IMG/VR virus record: IMGVR_UViG_3300046779_000899
Location: 1 to 56,544 of that record
Source: a virus
Taxonomy: Duplodnaviria; Caudoviricetes
Strand: one strand, 5' to 3'
DNA length: 56,544 bases
Shown: piece by piece, positions 50,203 through 56,544 of the stretch
How the letters are laid out: each line of letters starts with the position of its first letter
How positions within the stretch are numbered: the stretch's first letter is position 1
Position numbers and translations under genes: made by a program
Notes under the pieces: model-generated
What the model was told of the DNA's origin: nothing
The model's input: only the letters and a program-made list of their open reading frames with translations
The model's database searches: none

Positions 50203-50621
50203 TACTAGACACAATAGCATTAGTATTACTGTCAATAATTGCACTATCTTTCTTAGTTTTAGCACTGCACCAGAGAAAGGGCAGGCTAGAGCTACTAGAG
50301 AAGTATGTTGGGGTTGAGATTGAGAAATCAATAATCTTGGATAAGCTTGACCTAATGATAAAAGAGCTTGAGGCTAAGTCGGTAGAGGAGTCAGACGGCT
50401 TCCTTAAGTTTGTCTCAGACTCTAGGGAGTGGGCATTTGGCTATATCGAAGAGGTTCAGACAGCTCTAAAGGAGTTTGATGATGCAGTATCTGATATCTT
50501 TGAGTATTCAAAAACATACGGATCTATTGATACAGAAAGCCCAAGCAAGGATATGCTCAAAAAGGTATCCGAAGCATATGATAAATTAAAGACAGTATTG
50601 CCAGACGATATGGTACACTAA
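50199..50621 (+). CDS. TM + coiled-coil protein
   Basis: N-terminal TM helix followed by a helical domain. Confidence 0.6.
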   Translation: MILDTIALVLLSIIALSFLVLALHQRKGRLELLEKYVGVEIEKSIILDKLDLMIKELEAKSVEESDGFLKFVSDSREWAFGYIEEVQTALKEFDDAVSDIFEYSKTYGSIDTESPSKDMLKKVSEAYDKLKTVLPDDMVH

Positions 50622-50646
50622 TCTTTAGCAATTCTTATTGGAGGTG

Positions 50647-50823
50647 ATGCATATGCTCGGAATAAAAGACAATTCTGAGATCGACGGATATGGCTACAAA
50701 GTATGTGAAATATCTGGTTGTGAAAATGAGGCTACCGAAATATATGAAGATGAGATAAAGATTATAGATGTCTGCGATACTCACGATAGACTCCTTAATG
50801 CCAATAAGTGGACATTATGGTGA
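50647..50823 (+). CDS. Small Cys/His protein
   Basis: GGAGGTG RBS; CEISGC...CDTH; exact start uncertain (50647 or 50653). Confidence 0.5.
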   Translation: MHMLGIKDNSEIDGYGYKVCEISGCENEATEIYEDEIKIIDVCDTHDRLLNANKWTLW

Positions 50824-50837
50824 TGAAAGGTAAAAAA

Positions 50838-51158
50838 ATGAATAAACAAATGAAAGCAGCACTGGACTCGTACCTAAGAAACTTATTGGGTGTGGGGCTG
50901 GCACTAGTAACTACAACTATGGCCAACGCAGGAGTTGCGTCACCACTGGACTTCACTACAGCTGAATGGCTGACAGTTGCTAATGGCCTTTGGGCTGCAG
51001 CTGTTCCTACACTAATTCGTTGGGTAAATAAGAAAGATCCAGCATTCGGTCTAGTGGCACAAGCTGTTGCAGTATCAGTATCTTCTAAGATTAAGGAAGA
51101 GGCTGCCAAGGCTCCTGCAAAGAAGCCTGCTGCCAAGAAGCCAGCAACTAAAAAGTAA
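50838..51158 (+). CDS. Holin-like membrane protein with PAKK-repeat tail
   Basis: Two hydrophobic helices, NKKDPAFG, then KAPAKKPAAKKPATKK. Confidence 0.6.
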   Translation: MNKQMKAALDSYLRNLLGVGLALVTTTMANAGVASPLDFTTAEWLTVANGLWAAAVPTLIRWVNKKDPAFGLVAQAVAVSVSSKIKEEAAKAPAKKPAAKKPATKK

Positions 51159-51169
51159 ATAATTAAATA

Positions 51170-51202
51170 AGACCTGAGCAAGTCTATAAACTGCTCATTT
51201 TT
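51170..51202 (+). other. Compact pseudoknot/terminator element between convergent genes
   Basis: AGAC-CTGAGCAA-GTCT hairpin; loop TGAGCA is complementary to TGCTCA 51192-51197; then TTTTT. Confidence 0.5.
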
Positions 51203-51925
51203 CTATTCTATGTTTGGCTTAATCTTGCCAAATGTAGGGTCAAACACATACTCTAGCTTTGGCTGATAGTACTTGTTTGGATCTAAGAGATCCTGACGAT
51301 CTTGTCTCTCATCAAAAGTAATCTCATTAAAGAAGCAGACCATGGTAATTCTTGTTCCACTCTTTACTGGATGTACCTTGTGCTCATAGCTGTATCCAGA
51401 TGGGAACATAAACAACTGTCCAGCCTTAGGCTTTACCTTAATTCCAAAGTGTATAAACTCAAGCTCTCCACCCTCGTAATCGTCATTTGGGTAGTAGACC
51501 ATAGATGCAGTTCGTGGGGTGGCAAAGGTATCATCAGAATGCGAACCAAAGAATTCCCCTGGTCCAGTAAACTTGGTAATTCTAAGATCTTCTCTACTCT
51601 TGGGGTCCAGGTTCCAGTGGTACAGGTAAGAGTCAATAACTTCTTCTAGGTTGGCGGTAACTTCTGGATCACTCCATACCCAGCAGGTACGACTCTTCTT
51701 GCCAGTATCCTCATCTAGATAATCTTCTCTAATCCATTTTCTATTTCCTGGTCGGTTCTCTTCCCAGTACTCATCATTCTCAATCTTGTTAAAGAAGTCC
51801 ATAGAGTTAGGCCATACATCGCTATAGATATGCACACCAGGAATTGGGGATTCGTAGGGGAATACATTGTCTTTGCGACTTCTTGTTACCTTCATTGCCG
51901 CATCATCTAAGCGTTCTTTGATCAT
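51203..51925 (-). CDS. Prolyl-4-hydroxylase-like 2OG-Fe(II) oxygenase
   Basis: HSD, YPNDDYEGGEL, HKVHPVKSGTR; own TGCTATAAT on the minus strand near 51950. Confidence 0.85.
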   Translation of the reverse strand: MIKERLDDAAMKVTRSRKDNVFPYESPIPGVHIYSDVWPNSMDFFNKIENDEYWEENRPGNRKWIREDYLDEDTGKKSRTCWVWSDPEVTANLEEVIDSYLYHWNLDPKSREDLRITKFTGPGEFFGSHSDDTFATPRTASMVYYPNDDYEGGELEFIHFGIKVKPKAGQLFMFPSGYSYEHKVHPVKSGTRITMVCFFNEITFDERQDRQDLLDPNKYYQPKLEYVFDPTFGKIKPNIE

Positions 51926-52005
51926 TTTTGCCTTTCAAATTATATAAAAATTATAGCATAAGTGTGATAAGATTATATGGGCAAAGGCTCATTCTGAAGG
52001 GAATC

Positions 52006-52683
52006 ATGAAGACTTTATATTTTATCACTGGCGAAGCATGCGATCTAACTAAAGATATGCGACAGTATGTAGAACTATTTGACGACATTAACAAAGACAT
52101 CGAGGTGGTAGAGCTTGACCTACACAAAGATGCTGAAAAGATTACACCACTAGTTGACGGAAGAGTAATTACATTTACACCAACCTATATCAGTTCTATT
52201 GATGGCAAGACTAAGAGAATTGAGCAGGGACAGATTTGCGAGAATAGACTTCTAAACATGTTCTCTGATAAAGAGTTTAGACCAACCAATCAGTCGTACG
52301 CACCAACAGAAGATATTGTTCACCAGATTAGGGAAGCCAAGAAACTTGTTGACCAAGGATTGGCCAAGCCAGATGGTATGCCAGTAGAGGTAAAGTCATA
52401 CGTAGATACTATCCTAAATGGAGGCTCTATCAAGATCGATGATGTCAAGGACATGTTCCTATTCCTATTCACAGTTCGTAGATTCAGAGCACATGGATGG
52501 GAGCTTCCAGAGAATCTAAGTAATGCCAGAATTATGTGGCAGCTTCACGGTGGAGACCCAGGTTTTAGATGGTCACACAACATTGTGCAGGAAGCAATTG
52601 ACAATGGAGACATTCCATTGGCTGGGCTAGGACCAGAATACTTAACACCAGAGCAGTACGCTGCCAATGGTGAGCAGTATTAA
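52006..52683 (+). CDS. Thioredoxin-like domain fused to a W..GGD.G..WS domain
   Basis: LYFITGEACDLT...TPTYI; IMWQLHGGDPGFRWS; start reassigned to ATG 52006. Confidence 0.5.
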   Translation: MKTLYFITGEACDLTKDMRQYVELFDDINKDIEVVELDLHKDAEKITPLVDGRVITFTPTYISSIDGKTKRIEQGQICENRLLNMFSDKEFRPTNQSYAPTEDIVHQIREAKKLVDQGLAKPDGMPVEVKSYVDTILNGGSIKIDDVKDMFLFLFTVRRFRAHGWELPENLSNARIMWQLHGGDPGFRWSHNIVQEAIDNGDIPLAGLGPEYLTPEQYAANGEQY

Positions 52684-52752
52684 TAGATAAATCTCTTAGA
52701 CTTACTTATTTCCTTTTTGATTCTGTATTTTCTATATTTGGCAATAAGCTTT

Positions 52753-53709
52753 TTAATCATTAAAGAAACCTTTCTCATTGGCTGTCTCTAAGAATTTATT
52801 TGCCCAGAACTCGTGGAACAGCCTACCATGATGACCGTCTCTCTTTCTGTAAGAGCCCTGATTATACTTCTCTGACAGATCTGCATTGTCTAAAAATTCT
52901 TTTTTGCTAAGTGGGACAAAGTTGCTAAATATGTTTGTATTAGTAAAGTTAAAGTCATCCACATCTTCCCATGTTCCCCAAAGAAGCTTTATGTCCGTCT
53001 GTTTGCAATAGTCCTCAAATAGCTTCCAGCCAGCTGCAAAATCAATAAAAACTTTTCTATATTCATTTGGCAGCATTGCCTGTGGGGCAAACTCATCAGA
53101 ACCTTCACGATCGTCCAGGGAGCTTTTCTTTTTGTTCTTTACAAATTCTTCATTGCCCTTAAGTCCTGGGTATTTTTGTTGATAGTGCCAATCATTAATA
53201 TTTTCAGACCATGCGAAAAGTCTTCCTATATTTGGTAGTAGTGCGAATATCATATCTGGCTTACCATATTTCTTAATATAAACCTGAATACTAAGAATAA
53301 TTTTTTGCCATCCATAGCCAGCTTTTCCAATGCTGTAATACCCATCAACATTAGTTATTCTAGCAATCTTTTCATGCAGAATATGTCCCCAAACATCTTC
53401 GACATTTCCGCCCATACCCTCAGTCTCAGAACAGCCAGCAAAAAGAATATGCTTCCCATCATGGCTACTTGTAAAGTCATCACATCTAAAGAAATCATTA
53501 TTATATTTATATACCACAGACCCATCGTCAGCAGCGGACTCATTGGGCATGATTGTCCACTCTCTGATGTCGCTATTACTTAGCTTGTACTGCATATGCC
53601 AGGTATAGTCAAAATCATTAAAGAAGATCTCGTTAACTGTGCTGGAGTAATTTCGATTTGGAATATCAAATCCTAAAAATCTTAGGTCTTTCTCATCTCT
53701 AGTTGACAT
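52753..53709 (-). CDS. SGNH/GDSL-like protein
   Basis: ILFAGCSETEG, SIGKAGYG, RDGHHG; start reassigned to ATG 53709. Confidence 0.55.
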   Translation of the reverse strand: MSTRDEKDLRFLGFDIPNRNYSSTVNEIFFNDFDYTWHMQYKLSNSDIREWTIMPNESAADDGSVVYKYNNDFFRCDDFTSSHDGKHILFAGCSETEGMGGNVEDVWGHILHEKIARITNVDGYYSIGKAGYGWQKIILSIQVYIKKYGKPDMIFALLPNIGRLFAWSENINDWHYQQKYPGLKGNEEFVKNKKKSSLDDREGSDEFAPQAMLPNEYRKVFIDFAAGWKLFEDYCKQTDIKLLWGTWEDVDDFNFTNTNIFSNFVPLSKKEFLDNADLSEKYNQGSYRKRDGHHGRLFHEFWANKFLETANEKGFFND

Positions 53710-53714
53710 AGTGG

Positions 53715-54410
53715 CTAAAGTGCCTTTCTTAGATATATATCGTAGAATCCAATTGGGTGTAATGCAAGTGCATCTACCGACCAATCCTGATTAAAAAATA
53801 AAAACTCGTTTACTGCCTGATATGTTCCATATGGAGCATCCTCAATTACACCATCATAAATTAGATAATCATTTAAACCAATAACTCCACCTGGCTTTAC
53901 CATCTTAGAAGTTTTCTTTAGAACTTCTCTAATCTCTTCTCTACCATTAGTCATGTCAATATAGATATAATCATAGCCAGTTTCATCTGGGAGAATGTAT
54001 GGGGCAAAACCTTTTATAGTTCTAACGTTTCCATATTTAGAAAACAGATCGATAATGTATTGCTCATTTGTTTCTGGGGTAAATAGAAGCTCATGCTTCA
54101 TATTGGTACACTTGCATTCTCCAAACTTTCTCCATGACCAGCACTTTAGATCATTGTTAAAAGGGTCTACTAAAACTATTTCCGATGGGGCTGCCTGCTG
54201 ACAGACAATTTCAGAGTAGTATCCCCAGGCAACACCTATCTCCATATACTTGATACCAGATGGTAGAGTTTTAACGTATTCCTCACGTGAAGAATAGAGC
54301 TTGGCCTTGTCTAGCTGGAACTGAAAGATTGGTCTTGCACTCTCAATATACCCATCATCATTGTCTGGTTTTTCATCGTATTCTAAGAATTTTCCTGGTA
54401 TTTTAGCCAT
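53715..54410 (-). CDS. Class I SAM-dependent methyltransferase (Methyltransf_24-like)
   Basis: MEIGVAWGYYS, LVDPF, YDYIYID, VKPGGVIGLNDY. Confidence 0.85.
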   Translation of the reverse strand: MAKIPGKFLEYDEKPDNDDGYIESARPIFQFQLDKAKLYSSREEYVKTLPSGIKYMEIGVAWGYYSEIVCQQAAPSEIVLVDPFNNDLKCWSWRKFGECKCTNMKHELLFTPETNEQYIIDLFSKYGNVRTIKGFAPYILPDETGYDYIYIDMTNGREEIREVLKKTSKMVKPGGVIGLNDYLIYDGVIEDAPYGTYQAVNEFLFFNQDWSVDALALHPIGFYDIYLRKAL

Positions 54411-54416
54411 ATAATT

Positions 54417-54455
54417 AGTATAGCACAGCAGACTATTTGACTATTATGGTATACT
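54417..54455. promoter_or_regulatory. Back-to-back extended -10 promoters, both leaderless
   Basis: TGCTATACT (minus) and TGGTATACT (plus), each 6 nt from an ATG. Confidence 0.7.
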
Positions 54456-54461
54456 TTTAGA

Positions 54462-54911
54462 ATGGAACAATTACTGGCACAACTAAAGCAGCTTCTTGCA
54501 GACAACGTTGCTCTTAAATTTAAGTCACACGGCTACCACTGGAATGTAGAGGGTGATGAGTTTAAGCAATTCCACGAATTTTTCGGAGAAATTTACGAAG
54601 ACTTTGAAGACGCAACTGATACATATGCAGAATGGCTAAGAATCTTTAAGGCATATGCCCCGTACAGACTAACAGATTTCTTTGATATGGCCACAATTTC
54701 TGAACCAGTAATTGTTGGAGATCCACAGCCAATGCTCGCTGACTTGTACATGTCAATGGAAAAGCACATTGAAGACCTAAAGACTGCAGGAAGTCTGGCC
54801 AATGCTGCTCGTGAAAATGGATTGATGGACTTCCTAGCAGCAAGGCAAACAGCAGCACAGAAGTTCTGCTGGATGCTTCGTGTAAGTATGGAAACAGAGG
54901 AGATGGATTAA
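54462..54911 (+). CDS. dps: Dps / ferritin-like DNA-protection protein
   Basis: HGYHWNVEG..F.QFHEFF...D..AE, KFCWML. Confidence 0.92.
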   Translation: MEQLLAQLKQLLADNVALKFKSHGYHWNVEGDEFKQFHEFFGEIYEDFEDATDTYAEWLRIFKAYAPYRLTDFFDMATISEPVIVGDPQPMLADLYMSMEKHIEDLKTAGSLANAARENGLMDFLAARQTAAQKFCWMLRVSMETEEMD

Positions 54912-55633
54912 TGCCAGCAGGACAAGGTAGATACACAATTGGCGGTAAGGGAACTCACGGCTGTGATGGCTACCCAGTGGTCGGGGGAGAAGGCAAGGTC
55001 CACGGATGCCACGCTACTGAAGAGGCAGCTAGAGCACAACAGGCTGCAATTTATGCAAGCCAGAACTCTGAAAAAGCTGACGAGGCCTGTTGCCCAGATG
55101 ATTCTTTAGATAAGGCAGCTCCTTGCTGGGATGGGTACGTACAAAGAGGAATGAAGCCGAAGGATGGCAAGATGGTTCCTAACTGTGTTCCTGCTGAAAA
55201 AGCAGATGATCTGTTTGAGGATTCTGACGATGTTGAGTATGATACCGATTCTGTTATGAAGGCTGATGGATACTCTCCACCTGCTGGAGCACGTTCTGCT
55301 GCACGTCGTGCAATTAAGTTTAAGGAAGATGGCAAGGCTAATGGTGCTGGAACAGCAGTTGGCTGGACACGTGCAAGACAACTTGCTAACGGAGAGACAT
55401 TATCTCTAAGCACAGTCAAGCGTATGTATTCATATTTCTCACGCCACGAGGTAGACAAGAAGGGTAAGGACTGGGGAAACTCAGCCAATCCATCTAATGG
55501 ATACATTATGTGGCTTGCGTGGGGTGGAGATGCAGGATTCTCTTGGTCTAGAAGAATCGTAGAACGAGAAACGGACAAGTCGCTATTTGCTGATTTCGGC
55601 AAAGACTATTCAAAATCTACAAGAATTATTTGA
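54911..55633 (+). CDS. Modular phage protein with short Cys motifs and a W..WGGD.G..WS domain
   Basis: HGCH..EEAA, CWDGYVQRGMKPKDGKMVPNCVP, KRMYSYFSRH, MWLAWGGDAGFSWS. Confidence 0.6.
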   Translation: MPAGQGRYTIGGKGTHGCDGYPVVGGEGKVHGCHATEEAARAQQAAIYASQNSEKADEACCPDDSLDKAAPCWDGYVQRGMKPKDGKMVPNCVPAEKADDLFEDSDDVEYDTDSVMKADGYSPPAGARSAARRAIKFKEDGKANGAGTAVGWTRARQLANGETLSLSTVKRMYSYFSRHEVDKKGKDWGNSANPSNGYIMWLAWGGDAGFSWSRRIVERETDKSLFADFGKDYSKSTRII

Positions 55634-55658
55634 CTCTCAAATAATATTCTGATACAAT
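55630..55658 (+). promoter_or_regulatory. Promoter for tRNA-Glu
   Basis: TTGACT-17-TACAAT with TG extension. Confidence 0.75.
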
Positions 55659-55676
55659 AATTAACCAAAGATTTCT

Positions 55677-55749
55677 GGTCCGTTGGAGTAGTGGTTATCT
55701 CGTCTCCCTTTCAAGGAGAAGATCACGGGTTCGAGCCCCGTACGGACTG
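55677..55749 (+). tRNA. tRNA-Glu(TTC)
   Basis: Cloverleaf; loop CTTTCAA. Confidence 0.93.
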
Positions 55750-55750
55750 C

Positions 55751-55779
55751 TTGCAATTATAATAAAAGTATGATACAAT
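55751..55779 (+). promoter_or_regulatory. Promoter for the leader RNA and second tRNA array
   Basis: TTGCAA-17-TACAAT with TG extension. Confidence 0.7.
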
Positions 55780-55784
55780 AAAAC

Positions 55785-55953
55785 TATGGAGCTAACTATG
55801 AAGTATAACGCACAATCGCATCAGCGATTTAGTTTGGCGTACTCATGGCACAAAGCCAGTCTCCAACCGAGCATCTAATCTAGCTCATTTAAAAAATAGA
55901 TTATCTAAAAAAACAAAATCAAGTAATATAAAACCAGACTAGTTAGCTCCATA
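55785..55953 (+). ncRNA. End-paired leader RNA containing a short ORF (55786 or 55798 to 55878)
   Basis: Perfect 14-nt inverted repeat TATGGAGCTAACTA / TAGTTAGCTCCATA at the two ends. Confidence 0.55.
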
Positions 55954-55957
55954 CTAA

Positions 55958-56028
55958 TCCTCACTGGTGTAGTGGTAGCACAACAGCTTCCAAACCTGTT
56001 GGTCTGAGTTCGATTCTTAGGTGGGGGG
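55958..56028 (+). tRNA. tRNA-Trp(CCA)
   Basis: Loop TTCCAAA; C-C mismatch at the base of the anticodon stem. Confidence 0.85.
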
Positions 56029-56032
56029 CGAT

Positions 56033-56108
56033 CCTGCTATAGCTCAATTGGTAGAGCGTCTGTTTGAAGCACAGAAGGTTCTTGGTTCAATTCCAAGTGG
56101 TAGGGCCA
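56033..56108 (+). tRNA. tRNA-Phe(GAA)
   Basis: Loop TTGAAGC; encoded CCA. Confidence 0.92.
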
Positions 56109-56109
56109 G

Positions 56110-56181
56110 ACCAATATAGCTCAACGGAAGAGCACTTGCCTACGAAGCAAGTGGTTGAAGGTTCGAATCCTTCTATTGGTA
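56110..56181 (+). tRNA. tRNA-Arg(ACG)
   Basis: Loop CTACGAA. Confidence 0.93.
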
Positions 56182-56186
56182 CTCTA

Positions 56187-56266
56187 CCCTCGTAGTCCCC
56201 AAGGTGGGGAAGCGGTCTGTAAAACCGTCGCCTACGGCATGGTTGGTTCGATTCCAACACGGGGGA
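56187..56266 (+). tRNA. tRNA-Tyr(GTA)
   Basis: Loop CTGTAAA; long variable arm. Confidence 0.9.
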
Positions 56267-56268
56267 CT

Positions 56269-56342
56269 GTGGCACTAGTTCAATGGTAGAACGCTTGGTT
56301 GTGGTCCAAGGAATGAGGGTTCAATTCCCTCGTGTCACCCCA
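56269..56342 (+). tRNA. tRNA-His(GTG)
   Basis: Loop TTGTGGT; C73; encoded CCA. Confidence 0.93.
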
Positions 56343-56415
56343 GGGTCTTTAGCTCAATTGGGAGAGCATCTGGTTTGCAGCCAGAAGGTTAGGAGTTCGA
56401 TTCTCCTAAGATCCA
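56343..56415 (+). tRNA. tRNA-Ala(TGC)
   Basis: Loop TTTGCAG; G3-U70. Confidence 0.95.
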
Positions 56416-56416
56416 C

Positions 56417-56501
56417 GGAAGGTTGCCAGAGTGGACTAATGGACCAGTCTTGAAAACTGTCAGGTGTAACAGCCTCATGGGTTCGAATCCCATACCTTCC
56501 T
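56417..56501 (+). tRNA. tRNA-Ser(TGA)
   Basis: Loop CTTGAAA; long variable arm. Confidence 0.93.
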
Positions 56502-56503
56502 CC

Positions 56504-56544
56504 GCTTCTCTAGTCCAACGGTAGAGACATCAGCTTCAAACACT
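56504..56544 (+). tRNA. tRNA-Leu(CAA), 5' part only (cut by window end)
   Basis: GCTTCTC-TA-GTC...GAC-A-TCAGC-TTCAAAC-ACT. Confidence 0.6.

Noticed and set aside
55051-55602. Long antisense ORFs (183 aa here; also 28883-29275, 37297-37737, 50795-51181) and the alternate-frame ORF 27306-27776
   Set aside because: They shadow well-supported genes, as expected from codon bias, and lack RBSs and motifs.
56504-56544. Possible UGA-suppressor or Sec tRNA (CTTCAAA read as a TCA anticodon)
   Set aside because: Stem register after the D arm gives the loop TTCAAAC with anticodon CAA (Leu); the alternative register does not pair. The gene is truncated, so this is not fully checkable.

Overview
One contiguous 56.5 kb piece of a large, low-GC, tailed dsDNA phage genome. 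The host is most likely an actinobacterium: the window carries WhiB, an FmdB zinc ribbon, a class Ib NrdH/I/E/F set and many leaderless genes, and the gene order resembles large Streptomyces/freshwater-actinobacterial siphoviruses (inference). From left to right: a 5'-truncated tape measure gene and tail module (1-12.4 kb); a replication/recombination module (DnaB, primase, SSB, DnaE, MazG, NrdH, RecA-like, Hjc-like, Cas4-like, RuvC-like; 12.4-26.6 kb); terminase; exported surface proteins; nrdIEF; a tRNA cluster interleaved with several unexplained, highly structured non-coding segments (38.0-39.2 kb); an RsmI-like methyltransferase; a GT60-like glycosyltransferase / prolyl-hydroxylase-like / carbamoyltransferase cluster; an M23-LysM endolysin; accessory genes including Dps; and a second tRNA array cut by the window end. 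The best candidates for undescribed biology are (i) a hydroxylate-glycosylate-carbamoylate tailoring pathway with a Pro/Thr-rich exported lectin as a possible substrate, (ii) pseudoknotted and tRNA-like ncRNAs between tRNAs, and (iii) an end-paired, peptide-coding leader RNA ahead of the second tRNA array. All family calls come from motif recognition by eye and all RNA structures from manual pairing; no searches or folding programs were run.
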